From: Octopus sinensis
Taxonomy: Eukaryota
Assembly: GCF_006345805.1 (NCBI RefSeq)
Contig: NC_042998.1
Location: 83,080,001 to 83,144,000 of the forward strand
Direction of reading: 5' to 3'
Length of the DNA: 64,000 bases
Shown here: positions 25,260-36,786 of the stretch, piece after piece
Layout of the letters: each line of letters opens with the position of its first letter
How positions within the stretch are numbered: position 1 is the first letter of the stretch
The notes under the pieces: generated by a model
Databases searched by the model: none
Told to the model about the DNA's origin: nothing
What the model saw: the letters and a program-made list of their open reading frames with translations, nothing else
Position numbers and translations under genes: made by a program

Positions 25260-26100
25260 ATTGATCCCTGTAAAGACATCGGAATCTAAGTTTGAATCTT
25301 CGGAGCACTACTAACATGTAGGAAAAGAATGGGAAGTAATTCCATTTGCTGCACCCAGTGTAAGCTATGGATGCACAAGAGATGCAGTAGAATCGCAGGT
25401 AGGTTAACAGATAAGGTAACTTTCAGGTGCGGCAGATGCGCAGGAATGGCAAGTACCAAGAGCATGAGGAACTTAGACTCTCTTAGATACCCAGGAGGCT
25501 CTCTTGAGGTAGTAGATAGTTTCTGCTACTTAGGCGACCAAATTAGTAATGGTGGCAGATGCTCTGAAAGTATTGTTTATAGAATAAGAACAGGATGGAA
25601 GAAGTTCAGAGAGCTACTACCACCGGTGGCAACAAAAGGACTCTCTCTCAGAGTGAAAGGTAGAATGTATGATGCTTGTGTATGAATGGATATACTCCAT
25701 AGTAGAGAGACATGGGCTTTGAATGCAAAGGACATGTGTAGGCTGGAGAGGAATGAAGGTAGTATTCTCTTTTGGATGTGCAACATCAGAGTGCATGACC
25801 AACAAAGCACAATTGTGTTGAGAGAAAAGTTAGGCATACGAGGAATTAGATGCAACATGCAGGAGAGGAGAATGTGATGGTTTGGACATGTGATGCATAT
25901 GAGTAAAGACAGCAGTTTATAGAAGTGCCTCTCACAGAAAGTGGATGGTACCTGTGGAAGAGGAAAACCCAAGAAGACATGGAATTAAGTGGTGAGGGCC
26001 GATCTCAGGATGTTAGGGCACATTGAGGGAATGACAATTGACAAAGATGTTTGGTGATATGAGGTTCTAGAGAAGACCCACCCATGTCAGTGAAACAGTG
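25260..26100 (+). pseudogene. RTE LINE ORF2 C-terminal fragment
   Basis: LEVVDSFCYLGDQISNGG..RIRTGWKKFRELLP..KGLSLRVKGRMYDACV..SRETWAL; homologous to 27639-28325 (-). Confidence 0.85.
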
Positions 26101-26794
26101 CTAGAAGCATTGTGTCCCACCTACATGTAACAATAAACTTTTCACACATCCTATCCCAAGAAACCAAACTACATCTCTTCTTCTAAACTGCATCTTTCTC
26201 TTCCTCACATTTTCTCTTCATACACTATCACTGTTTCATTTCCCCTCCCCTGCTCACTGTATTGCTGCATTCCCTCACCCCATCTTTACACCCAGATTTT
26301 CACCAGTCACTGCAATCACCACTCCCTACATGCACATTCTTGGCAATACCTGACCGCATATATTGTGACCTTAGTACCTCTCTTTTTCCTTACTCTACAA
26401 TCACATCTATGCACTGATCCTTGTTACTTGTGAGTGTACCCTAGCACTTCACTACCATTCTCTCTTGTTCTCTCTTGCATTTTTGCTATTTCCCACTCAC
26501 TCTCTCTCCTTCTCTCTCTCTCTATCTATCTATCTATCTCTTTCACTCCCTCTCTCTCTCTTTCCCTTGTTCTTTCCTCTGGCTGGGTAACCTAGTATCT
26601 CCTTTACATCATCATGCCTGTTTCTGTCCTCTTTCTTGTACCTCTCTCTCTCTCCTCTCTCTCTCTCTTCCTCTCACTCTCTTTCTCTTCCCTCTCTCTC
26701 ACTGGGAAACCATGTATCTCCTTTATAGCAAGACACCTGTTTCTGCCTCTCTGTCTCTCTGCCACACTTCAACCCTTCATCATCTGTAAATTTC

Positions 26795-26825
<31 letters not shown>

Positions 26826-26833
<8 letters not shown>

Positions 26834-29180
26834 TAAATATATCAACATCATCATCATCGTTTAATGTCCGCTTTCCATCCTGGCATGGGTTGGACGATTT
26901 GACTGAGGACTGGTGAACCAGATGGCTGCATTCTGATCTGGTACAGTTTCTACAGCTGGATGACCTTCCTAATGCCAACCACTCTGAGAGTGTAGTGGGT
27001 GCTTTTACGTGCCATCAGTACGAGGGCCAGTCTGGCGATACTGGCAACGACCACGCTCAAATGGTGTTTCTTTACATTCCACCTGCACAGGAGCCAGTCC
27101 AGCGGTACTGCCAACGACCACACTCGAATGTTTTTCCATGTGCCACCAGCACAAGTACCAGTAAGGCGATGCTGGTAATGATCACATTCGAATGGCGCTT
27201 TTTACTTGCCACCGGCACACAAGCCAGTTAGCTGCTCTGGCAACAATCACGCTTGGATGGTGCTCGTAGCGCTCCACTTGTATGGATGCCAGTCATCGAA
27301 TTTGATTTCGATTTCAATTTCACTTACCTCAACAGGTCTTCACAAGCAGAGTTTAGTGTCCAATGAAGGAAAGGTATGATAAGTGGGCTGGTTACAACCC
27401 TGGCATAGGCCACGAGGTTATGGTCTCACTTGGCTTACTGGGCCTTCTCAAGCACAGCATATTTCCAAAGGTCTCGGTCACTAGTCATTGCCTCAGTGAG
27501 GCCTAATGTTCGACGATCGTGCTTCACCACCTCATCCCAGATCTTCCTGGGTCTACTTCTTCCACATGTTCCCTCAACCACTAGGGTGTGGCACTTTTTC
27601 ACACAGCTATCCTCATCCATTCTCGCCACATGATCATACTAGCGCAGTCGTCTCTCTTGCACACTGATGCTTCTTACGTTCAATTTTTCTCTCAAGGCGC
27701 TTACACTCTGTCGAGTATGCACACTGACATTACACATCCAGTGAAGCATACTGGCTTCATTCCTTGCGAGCTTATGCATGTCCTCAGCAGACACGGCCCA
27801 TGTTTCACTGCCATGTAGCATGGCTGTTTGTACACATGCATCATACAGTCTACCTTTTACTCTAAGTGAGAGGCCCTTTGTCACCAGCAGAGGTAAGACA
27901 TCTCTGAACTTTGCCCAGGCTATTCTTATTCTAGCAGCTACACTTTCAGTACATCCTCCTCTGCTACTGACTTGGTCACCTAGGTAACAGAAGCTATCAA
28001 CTACTTCTAGTTTTTCTCCCTGGAATGTGGCAGAAGTTATTCTGTGCACATTTTCAGTGTTTATTGCTCCTGAGCATCTACCACATACAAAAACTATTTT
28101 CCCAGTTAGTCTTCCTTTGATATTGCTGCACCTCTTATGTGTCCATAGCTTACACTGTATACATCTTATAGAGTTTCTACCTTCGCCTTTTCTACAGATC
28201 GAGCAGGGCCATCTACCTGAAAGGATTTGTGGTTTGCCTGCCTTCCTACTTATTAGGACTTTGGTTTTAGCTAGGTTGACTCTAAGACCCCTCAATTCTA
28301 ATCCTTGCTGCCACACCTGAAACATCTCTTCTAATTCTGATAGTGACTCAGTAATTAGAGCAAGGTCGTCAGCAAAGAGGAGCTCCCAGGGGCATCCTGT
28401 TTTGAATTCCTCTGTTATTGCCTGGAGAACTATGATAAATAGGAGGGGGCTGAGGACTGAACCTTGGTGAACCCCTACCTCCTACCCAGAATTCTTCACT
28501 GTACTAGTTGCCAACCCTCACCTTACTGACAGCATTCTTGTACATGGCTTGCACAGCTCTCACTAACCATTCAATGAGGAAACTATCCCTAGTTTCGTCA
28601 TTGACCACCAGATAAGAGATTGGGGGACCCTGTCAAAGGCTTTCTCCATGTCAACGAAAGCCAGGTACAGATGTTTATCTTTGGCTAGGTATTTCTCCTG
28701 CAACTGTCTTACTAGAAATATAGCATCAGTGGTGCTTTTCCCAGGCATGAGCCTAAACTGCATCTCATCTAAACAGACTCTCTCCCTAATCAGTTGGGCT
28801 ATGACCCTCTCCATGACCTTCAATACCTGATCCAATAACTTGATACTTCTGTAATTATTTGTATCTAAAGCGTTACCTTTACCTTTATATTAGTTGACTA
28901 TGGTGCTGCTACACCAGTCATTGGGTATGACTCCTTCATGTATCACCTGGTTAACTATACAAGTGACTAGGCTATAGCCAACACTGCCAGATATTTTGAG
29001 CATCTCTGCAATGATTCCTGATGGGCTGGGGGCTTTCCCTGTCTTCATGATTCCTGATGGACCAGGGGCTTTCCCTGTCTTCATTGATTCTTGATGGGCT
29101 GGGGGGGCTTTCCCTGTCTTCATGATACCTGATGGGCTGGGGGCTTTCCCTGTCTTCATTGATTCCTGATGGGTGGGGGG
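26826..29180 (-). mobile_element. 5'-truncated RTE LINE (RT, PHD-like finger, 3' UTR with tandem units, (GAT)n tail)
   Basis: ORFs 28890-29159 (KAPGPSGI..AEMLK), 28563-28835 (DEMQF..PGKSTTDAIFLVRQLQEK..FVDMEKAFDRVP), FADDL region near 28370, 27639-28325 and 27435-27629. Frameshifts, stops and a deletion are present. Confidence 0.92.
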
Positions 29181-29331
29181 CTAATTCGTTATAAGTATAA
29201 AGATACCATAAACAAATATAAAAATGGAGAAAATATGTTAAAATCAAAATTGAATTTAATACAAAATTGAATATGTATGGATCCTTCAAAAATTATGAAT
29301 TGTTCTTTTTGAACTTATTTTCTCTCTCTCT

Positions 29332-29392
<61 letters not shown>

Positions 29393-30322
29393 ATACACAC
29401 ACACACATACATATGAGTGTATAAAGGGCTGAGCTTCAATATCAGATTTGATATGGTTTAGGGGCTGAAGTATGTTAGAAAGACAAGCCCAAGTGTTTGC
29501 TATAGAGAAAATAACATGGCTGTTCCACATTATACAAGGATGGGTGTGAGTAGCTGGCATTCCATTCCTTCCCATTACACCATCTGCGCAACAAAGGGAT
29601 GTCATTTTTGTATTCCAGTGAACAATATGCCTTGTAACTCTGTATGGTTTGAAAACAATTGGAATTATAAATCCTTTACTAGTAAAACAGATAAGGACAG
29701 TAGACAGGAAGGGTATCCAACAATAAAATGCAGCTTCAACAAGTTTTCATCCAATCCATACTAGCATGGATAAATGAATGTAAGTCAAAAACAAGTGAAC
29801 ACAATACAATGTAAATGAGAGAAAATTCAAAGTTTTGATTAGGCTAATGCTGTGTAAGGTTCCAATAGATCGACAGGATTATTCATTGGTGGACCCATAC
29901 ATATTTCTTTTGGGTCATTATAACCTTGAAAGTATTTTAAAACAAGACTAGAAATATTTTCTTACACAGAATTAATGACCTAAGTTGAACAGTTGAGATG
30001 ATCAAGTCACTTAGCCACAAAACATATCCTGCTATACATCTAACTGGCTATTATTATTATTTCATTTTTTTTTTCTGTATCTAAACTCAATATATCTATG
30101 TTTAGATTTCATCTTCAAAGTGCATTTGTTTTCTTTTTACCCCACTATTTTCTTTTTTACTATCTCATTAGTTTTCTTTTCTGTCTCATATTCTTACCAG
30201 CCAAGAGATTAATCAAATTAAATCTAATCAATACAATATAGTTATCATTTCATTAAACCATATCTCAAATTATTCATCAGTTTAAAAAAAACATCTATGA
30301 TACCAAATCAATTATCACATAC

Positions 30323-30485
30323 TTTCTTTATCTTTGATGATTTTGTCTCCATTATTTGACGTTTTTGAACATTTTCCTTGTGTATTCAAAGGACAGCAAT
30401 ATTCTATGTTATTTTCAGATTTCCAACAATAAGGATGTTGGCAAAGTGGACTGCAGCATGTGTGGTGTATGAACAAAGTATCCAT
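30323..30485 (-). CDS. First coding exon (ATG at 30485) of an unannotated gene: MDTLFIHHTCCSPLCQHPYCWKSENNIEYCCPLNTQGKCSKTSNNGDKIIKDKE; tentatively C9orf43/DUF4647-like
   Basis: Exon 30323-30528 has acceptor TTCTTCTTCACTTTTCAG and donor AAA|GTATGT. Strong Kozak GCAACCATGG with an in-frame upstream TGA. 163 bp (54 codons + 1), phase-compatible with 23921-24059. The family call rests on recalled similarity of the C-x4-CQHPxCW motif and is unverified. Confidence 0.75.
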
Positions 30486-30649
30486 GGTTGCAAATCTTCT
30501 AATGTTTCCAAGAAATCACTGATTTATACTGAAAAGTGAAGAAGAACAAACTGAAGAAAAAAGTGGGGAAAGGAAAAATGCTTATTGAAGGATTCCATTG
30601 GTAACAACAAACAAAATCAAGCTATCGAATGAGCATGAAAATGCATCGT

Positions 30650-31100
30650 TGTCGAAGGCACCAACACCAAGACCGCTAGCTCCGCTGCTACCCCCACAAC
30701 CACCACCACCACTGCCACCACCACTGCCACCACCACTATCACCACTACCACCATCATCATTACCAATACCACCACCACAACCACCATCACTGTTACCATC
30801 ATCATCTTCCTCATCATCACCACCACCACTACCACTATCGCTACTACCATCAACATCACCAACACCACAACAACCACCACCACCAACATTTTTGTCATCA
30901 TCATCATCTGCCTTATCATCTCCATCACCACCTCCACCACTACCACCATTACAACAACCAACACCACTACAACCAACACCACTACAACCACCATCACCGT
31001 TATCACAATCACTACCATCACCATCATTATCATTATTAACACTACTATCACCATCCTGACTTTCAGCACAACCACTCGTACCACTACCACCATCACTACA
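30650..31100. repeat. Degenerate (CAC/CAT/CAA)n trinucleotide array
   Basis: Read directly; yields the Pro/Ser-rich ORF 30598-31059 and the Val/Met-rich antisense ORF. Confidence 0.9.
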
Positions 31101-31249
31101 TACATGCGAATGACAATACTAATTACTGCAGAGACTTATGGATTAAAAAGGGTTTCACTTTTGCCTTAGCAGCGTTAGCATGAGGGAACGTGTGTGAGAG
31201 TCATGAAGGATTTTGCTGATTGAAGACACCAAGAATAATCACAGAGGCA

Positions 31250-33040
31250 ATGGCAAATGACCGAGACCTTTGGCATTATGCTGTGCTTGAATAGGACGAC
31301 CCATCAAGCCAAGTGAAATTGTAGTCATGGCAGATACTGGTATCATGTAACTGGCATGTAAAAGCACCCATTACACTCTCGGAGTGGTTGGCATTTAGAA
31401 GGGCATCCAGCTATAGAAAACACTGCCATATCAGACTGGAGTCTGGTGAAGCCCCTCAGTTTACTAGCTCTGGTCAAACTGTCCAACCCATGTCAGCATA
31501 GACAATGAATGTTAAATGATGATGATGATGATGATGATGTTGCAATGGCCTCACAGGGCCAATAGCGAATGCCTGAGAACTTTGGCATTATGCTGTGTTT
31601 GAAAAGGAAGGCCCATCAAGCCAAGTGAAATTGTAGCTGTGGCAGGTACTGGTGTCATGCAAATAGGACCCATGCCAGTGGCACGTAAAAGCACCTATTA
31701 CACTCTTGGAGTGGTTGGCATTAGGAAGAGCATTCAGCTGTAGAAGCCATGCCAAAATAGACTGGAGTCTGGTGCAGCTCTCCAGCTTGCCAGCCCAGCT
31801 CAAATCATTCAACCCATGCCAGCATGGACAACAGACACTAAATGGCAATGATGATGATGATGATGATGATGTACCACTGTGTCCCTACCACTAACTAATA
31901 TCGATGTGCCAATTGCCAGGAATGTGTTTATTATGTAAAATTGCTCCATCCAGTTTGTGTTGCTCTGCTAAACTTAATGGCTATTTTAGCAATGTGGATG
32001 GTTAATAGGTCGAATGTGATACAGAAGAAAGTGCAAGAGTGCCTAAAGCACCATTTGAGCATGACTGATGTCAGTGCTGCCTCACTTGGCATCTGTGCCG
32101 GTGGTACATATAAACAACCGTTCAAACATGGTCAATGCCAGTACTCTATGACTGGCTCCCATACTGGTGGCACATAAAAACATTATACGAACGTGATCAA
32201 TGCCAGTACCCTCTGACTGGCCCCCGTCCTGGTGTCACTTAAAAAGCACAATATAAACATGGCCGATGCCAGTACCCCCTGACTGCCCCTGTGCTGGTGG
32301 CATGTAAAAAGAACCAGCTAAACGTGGCCGATGCCAGTACCTCATGACTGCGTCCTGTACTGGTGGCACGTAATAAGAACCATCTAAATGTGGCCAATGC
32401 CAGTACCTCCTGACTGGATCCTGTGCTGGTGGCATGTAAAAAGCACTATCTGAATGTGGTTGATGCCAGTACCCACTGACTAGCCCCCATGCCGGTGGCA
32501 CGTAAAATGCACTATCCAAACATAATCGATGCCAGGCTCGTCTGACTGGCTCCTGTGCTGGTGGCACATAAAAAGCACCCACTACACTCTCAGAGTAGTT
32601 AGCATTAGGAAGGGCATTTAGCTGTAGAATCATTGCCAGATCAGATTGGAGCCTGGTGCAGCTGCTGGCTCTCTAGACTTCAGTCAAACCTTCCAACCCA
32701 TGCCAACATGGAAAATAGATGTTAAACGATGATGATGATGCTGATGATGGATGGTTAATGGGTCGGATGTGATACTGAAGAAGGAGCAAAAGTTCCTGAA
32801 GCACCATTTGAGCATGATTGATGCTAGTGCCACCTGACTGGCTCCTGTTCCAGTGGTACATAAAAAGCACCCGCTACACTCTCAGAGTGGTAGGCATTAG
32901 GAAGGGCATCTAGCTGTAGAAACCTTACCAAATCAGATTGGAGCCTGATTCAGTTCTCTGACTTGCCAGTCCTCAGTCAACCCGTCCAAGCCATGCCAGC
33001 ATGGAAAGCAGACGTTAAACAACAATGATGATGATGATGA
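31250..33040 (+). mobile_element. Cluster of four head-to-tail RTE 3'-end copies; the third carries an expanded ~45-50 bp tandem array (32050-32580)
   Basis: Four (GAT)n tails at about 31517, 31848, 32728 and 33024, each preceded by CCAACCCATG(C/T)CAGCAT(G/A)GA-like sequence. Confidence 0.85.
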
Positions 33041-33318
33041 CACATTAACCATTTTTCTATCTTCAATCGCATTGTTTACATAGACGTATTCATATACAAA
33101 ACATTATAACTTTCAGTGTTAGCTCCAATTTCTATAGAAAATCTGTAGAGATAGGCATAGGAGTGGCTGTGTGGTAAGTAGCTTGCTTACCAACCACATG
33201 GTTCCGGGTTCAGTCCCACTGTGTGGTACCTTGGGCAAGTGTCTTCTACTAGAGCCTCGGGCCAACCAAAACCTTGTGAGTGGAATTGGTAGACGGAATC
33301 TGAAAGAAGCCCGTTGTA

Positions 33319-33370
<52 letters not shown>

Positions 33371-33375
33371 AATAT

Positions 33376-35610
33376 AAGCCTCTATACTGTTATCCCTCAC
33401 CACGAAGGACTGCAGGCCCTTCGACACTTTCTTGACCTCCGCTCTAACCCTGTACCTGACACCTCCACACTCATTCGTCTGGCCGAACTTGTCCTTACTC
33501 TGAACTGCTTCTCGTTCGCGGGCGAGTTCTACCATCAGGTCTCGGGAGTGGCCATGGGAACGCGAATGGGCCCCAACTATGCGAACCTGTTCGTTGGCTA
33601 TGTTGAGGCCCAAATATTCTCTAATTTCACTGGTCCCACTCCTGAACTATATGGTCGTTACATTGACGACATTATCGGTGCCACCTCACTCTCCCGCGAA
33701 CATCTAGATTCCTTCCTCTCTTTCGTCCAATCTTTCCATCCAGCCCTCCACTTCACTTCCACTATCTCCAACACCTCTGTCTCTTTCCTCGACATTTCGG
33801 TTAGCATTCTTCACTCCACTCTTACCACCTCCATTCACTACAAACACACAGACTCACACTCATACCTCAACTTCTCTTCCTCCCACCCAGAACACACCAA
33901 GCTTTCCATCCCCTATTCCCAATTCCTCCGTCTACGTAGGCTCTGTAGTGACGACCATGACTTTGAGACTCAGTCTCAACGTATGGCTCACCACTTCACC
34001 CTACGTGGATACCCCCCCACCACTATCCACACCGCCCTTGCCAGAGCACGGTCCGTGGACCGTGTATCTGCTCTCTCTCCCCGAACCCGCCCTGTAGTCT
34101 CCCGCCTCCCTTTTCCCCTCACTTACCACCCCACGACCCTACGTCTCCAACGCACCATTCTTCGAGCTTTCCGTCATCTCCAGTCCGACCCGTCCACTTC
34201 ACACCTCTTCCCTAACCGACCCCTCCCCTCTTTCAAACAAGCCCACAACCTTCGAGACCTTTTGGTCCATAGCTCCTTCCCTGACCCTACCTCCCAACCC
34301 GGCTCGTTCCCCTGCTCCCGCCCACGTTGCCGCACTTGCCCTTACCTCTCCAACACCACCCGCCTCACTAGCACCCACCATCGACCCTATCCCATCATCC
34401 ACTCCTTCACCTGCACCTCCAGCAATATTATCTATTGCATCTCTTGCTCTCTCTGCAATTCCTTGTACATCGGCCAAACGGGACGCCGCTTGGCTGACCG
34501 GTTCGCGGAACACCTTCGTGACATCCACCTTGCGAACGACACACCGGTCTCACGCCATTTCCGCTCCACCGGTCACTCCTTGCAACACTTATCTGTGTTC
34601 GGTTTGTCCTTACACAGAGGCCATCCAGATTCCCGTTTGCGCCGTGAACAGGAATTAATCTTCTCTCTTCACTCTTATACGCCATTTGGTCTCAACTCTC
34701 CCCCCTCCTCATCTAACCCCCCTCCTCACCTATCCTTTCCCCCCGACCCCTACTTCTTCAGTCCTTCATCCTTTCACCCCTACTCCCCTTCCCTTCTTCC
34801 CTCTTTCTCCCTCCCTCTTCCCCTTCCCTCTGCTCCCTCACTCCCTCTCTCTCTCTTTCCTCCTTCATCCCCCTCCTCCCCTTCCTTCTCCCCCATCCTC
34901 TCCTCTCCCCCCTCTCCTTCCCCTCCCATTCTCTCCCCCCTCTTCTCCCCCTCCCCCTCTTCTCATCACTACACCACATGACTTTACACATCACATCACA
35001 TATGATGTGCCATACTAATACATACACCAACTAATACATACTAATACGTATTAATACATACTAGTACATACTAATACATACACACGTCCAGACCCCGCAT
35101 ACGCACTTATACTCTCTCATACACACACACACACACTTATACATACTAATACGTACTAATACATACTAATACATACTAATACATACACCAACCCCATACA
35201 TACGCACGTCCAGACCAATCCTACGCACTAATACTCTCTCATACACACACACCCTTATACATACTAATACATACACCAACCCTATACATACACACATCCA
35301 GACCCCTCCTACGCACTATTAGCTGGTCCCTCAACCCTATTATCAACCCTATTATCTCCCCTTATTTCGCTCTCGCATCTCATGTTTGATCTTTGACTTC
35401 TGGCCGAAATCAGATCGCCATGTTGATTCGTTAGCTACTGCACGCATTTTTTTCTCTCCTTCTTTCTGTGTTTTTTTTCTCTCTGTGTATCTTTCTGTTG
35501 AAGAGCGTAGGTTCGAAACGTTAAAGACTTGTTTTATTTATATTTCCTGAGTGCCATACTAATACAATTGTTCGTTTGTTTTCCACCTGCCTTCGTCTTT
35601 TGTTTATTTT
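33376..35610 (+). mobile_element. 5'-truncated Penelope-like element (Neptune-type) with open RT + GIY-YIG ORF and 3' terminal repeat
   Basis: Uninterrupted frame 33376-34981: SLYTVIP, GVAMGTRMGPNYANLF, YGRYIDD (RT); CSRPRCRTC linker; IIYCISC..LYIGQTGRRLADRFAEH (GIY-YIG). Inserted in the (TA)n of a CORE-like SINE. The 33314 start in the ORF track is microsatellite, not a real start. Confidence 0.95.
35490..35527 (+). ncRNA. Atypical minimal hammerhead ribozyme-like motif in the Penelope terminal repeat
   Basis: TCTTT CTGTTGAA GAGC GTAG GTTC GAAA CGTT AAAGA: stem I TCTTT/AAAGA, stem II GAGC/GTTC, GAAA, palindromic ACGT, GUU site. The core has A6U and an extra A. Confidence 0.55.
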
Positions 35611-35624
35611 CATAAAGCTTCCCG

Positions 35625-35681
<57 letters not shown>

Positions 35682-35710
35682 CATATATATATATATATAT
35701 ATATGTATAC

Positions 35711-35749
<39 letters not shown>

Positions 35750-35763
35750 ATATATATGTATAC

Positions 35764-35830
<67 letters not shown>

Positions 35831-36715
35831 TGTGTCTGTGTTTGTCCCCCCAACATCACTTGACAACTGATACTAGGCTTACAAAGAACAAGTCCTGGGG
35901 CCGATTTGCTCGACTAAAAGTGGTGCTCCAGCATGGCAACAGTCACATGACTGAAAGGAGTAAAAGAGAGTAAAAGCTAACTTTACAAAGTGAATTTAGA
36001 GCACTGCTAACACAAGTAGGACACTGGGCTGACTTATAAACCTTTAATATACTTGGTTGTATACCATGGTTGCATAATGAAATATGGTGTCCCCACCAGC
36101 AATTAATCAAGAGTAATGACTTCAACAGAAAGATAGGTGTTTTTGTTCAATAATGTGCAACAAGAGATGATCAAACAACTGTTAATTGAAGGCATTCAGA
36201 GATTAGTTGGGTGGAAAATGAATTTAGAAAAGTGAGATGGGAGACTGAATTAGAGTAACTGGAACTCCATGTTGCTAATATCCAGATGAAAAATGTAAGC
36301 ATTTGTTGGGGTACCACAGAAATAGTAAATGATTTACAGCACAAAAGAAATTACTTTAAACTTGCTAAAATAATTAACAGAATGGTTTACATGATTGGAA
36401 ATATAATTTCAAAGAGTTCATAGTGTCAAAATAAAACATTATTTTCCATCTTACTGTTAGTTTTGTTTCATTTTGTAAAATAAAAATTTATATTATGGCT
36501 TATTATTGATTATATTTTGAATTATATATAGGTGCAGGAGTGGCTGTGTAATAAGTAGATTGCTTACCAACCACATAGCTGAAGGTTCAGTCCCACTGCA
36601 AGGCACCTTGGGCAAGTGTCTTCTTCTATAGCCTAGGGCCAACCAAAGCCTTATGAGTGGATTTGGTAGACAGAAAGTGAAAGAATCCTGTCGTATATAT
36701 TTATATACCTATATA

Positions 36716-36786
<71 letters not shown>

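Noticed and set aside
30598-31105. Pro/Ser-rich 153-aa ORF (extensin/formin-like) and its Val/Met-rich antisense ORF
   Set aside because: Degenerate CAC/CAT trinucleotide array with no splice or domain context.
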